A stretch of 64,000 nucleotides of DNA from an uncultured Gammaproteobacteria bacterium. GTDB taxonomy: Bacteria > Patescibacteriota > Patescibacteriia > SBBC01 > CAIJZX01. A program made the position numbers and the translations under genes. Shown here one piece after another: positions 63,835 through 64,000 of this stretch (position 1 is its first letter; every line of letters begins with the position of its first letter). Location of the stretch: contig CAZFGG010000002.1 of assembly GCA_964518425.1 (NCBI GenBank), positions 8,453 to 72,452 of the forward strand, written 5' to 3'. The notes beneath the pieces were generated by a model that was not told the DNA's origin, did no database searches, and was given only the letters and a program-made list of their open reading frames with translations.

Positions 63835-64000
63835 ATGTCCGATCCTATGACTGGCAGTCCGCTGTTCACTGCGGTCCCCGACCAACGGCGTTATCCCTCG
63901 CTGTCCGGCCATCACCAGGCTGAGATTGTCGTCGTTGGCGGCGGCATCGTCGGCGTGATGACCGCTTGGCGGCTAGCCCAACATGGTCGGTCGGTCAGCC
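63835..64000 (+). CDS. FAD-dependent oxidoreductase, N-terminal fragment (continues past the window)
   Basis: MSDPMTGSPLF...AEIVVVGGGIVGVMTAWRLAQHGRSV: GxGxxG FAD-binding Rossmann motif. Confidence 0.5.
   Translation, partial: MSDPMTGSPLFTAVPDQRRYPSLSGHHQAEIVVVGGGIVGVMTAWRLAQHGRSVS

Noticed and set aside
1-64000. CRISPR arrays, rRNA, tRNA, insertion sequences, integrases, toxin-antitoxin pairs
   Set aside because: No direct-repeat/spacer periodicity was seen in any gene-free stretch. No transposase- or recombinase-like ORFs. No tRNA-like cloverleaf motifs were spotted by eye. Small intergenic regions are accounted for by promoters and terminators.

Overview
This 64-kb window reads as a compact bacterial chromosome segment with roughly mid-50s % GC. 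Many start/stop overlaps are of the ATGA type, and convergent gene pairs share palindromic stop codons. Canonical sigma70-like promoters are visible: TTGACN-N17-TAnnnT, often with an extended TG.

Gene content from start to end:
- (a) 1-3.2 kb: a fragmentary dcw/peptidoglycan cluster on the minus strand. An edge-truncated ftsW is missed by the ORF track; it is followed by murD and mraY, with a tiny membrane ORF where murE/murF would normally sit.
- (b) 3.2-5.0 kb: an ArnT/PMT-like GT-C glycosyltransferase.
- (c) 5.0-10.4 kb: a type IV pilus / T2SS-like assembly operon, pilB-pilC-pilM-pilN-pilO plus a small TM protein, behind a strong extended -10 promoter. No secretin, pilT or pilin lies in the window.
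- (d) 10.4-15.4 kb: housekeeping genes. rpmA stands alone with its own promoter; pyrG, rplI, an S41 C-terminal processing protease and murA are on the minus strand.
- (e) 15.4-20.9 kb: a PEGA-domain protein and a minus-strand operon built around a second GT-C enzyme, with four small membrane or secreted hypotheticals.
- (f) 20.9-21.3 kb: an orphan 66-aa gene with its own promoter, strong SD and terminator.
- (g) 21.3-48.0 kb: a ~27-kb envelope glycan biosynthesis island. It holds 2 Gfo/Idh/MocA oxidoreductases, a Wzx-like flippase, SDR epimerases, a PglF/CapD-like dehydratase, a DegT aminotransferase, 3 SAM methyltransferases (two are Zn-ribbon paralogs), an AsnB-type amidotransferase, 5 GT4 and 3-4 GT2 enzymes. 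One GT2 is fused to an SDR epimerase carrying a Cys4 insertion. There is also a UDP-xylose-synthase/GT2/GtrA arn-like module, a GT2-DUF2304 pair and a large polytopic membrane protein. No initiating phosphoglycosyltransferase was found.
- (h) 48.0-57.2 kb: a minus-strand exported-protein region. It holds an S8 subtilase with FG-GAP repeats, an HtrA-like PDZ protein whose catalytic serine appears lost, a polytopic membrane protein, then mutY. Next comes a 425-bp gene-free stretch with a long-range inverted repeat, proposed as a structured RNA. Beyond it are three secreted proteins: a phosphodiester-glycosidase-like/FN3 protein, a tail-fiber-like protein and a small protein with a T9SS-type C-terminal sorting domain.
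- (i) 57.2-64 kb: deoxynucleoside kinase (apparently leaderless), bifunctional PGI/PMI, a secreted hypothetical, malQ, a Cas4/RecB-like PD-(D/E)XK Fe-S nuclease, a membrane-anchored cyclophilin, and a partial FAD oxidoreductase at the edge.

No rRNA, tRNA, CRISPR array or obvious mobile element was seen. The gene content (dNK salvage, PGI/PMI, amylomaltase, T4P without secretin, extracytoplasmic anchored enzymes) fits a reduced-genome, possibly monoderm or Patescibacteria-like uncultivated bacterium, but that is inference only.

The most unusual items are the arn/Gtr-like lipid-linked pentose module with two GT-C enzymes, the putative structured RNA at 52.36-52.78 kb, the orphan small gene at 20.9-21.1 kb, the serine-less HtrA homolog paired with the subtilase, and the T9SS-CTD / tail-fiber-like secreted operon.
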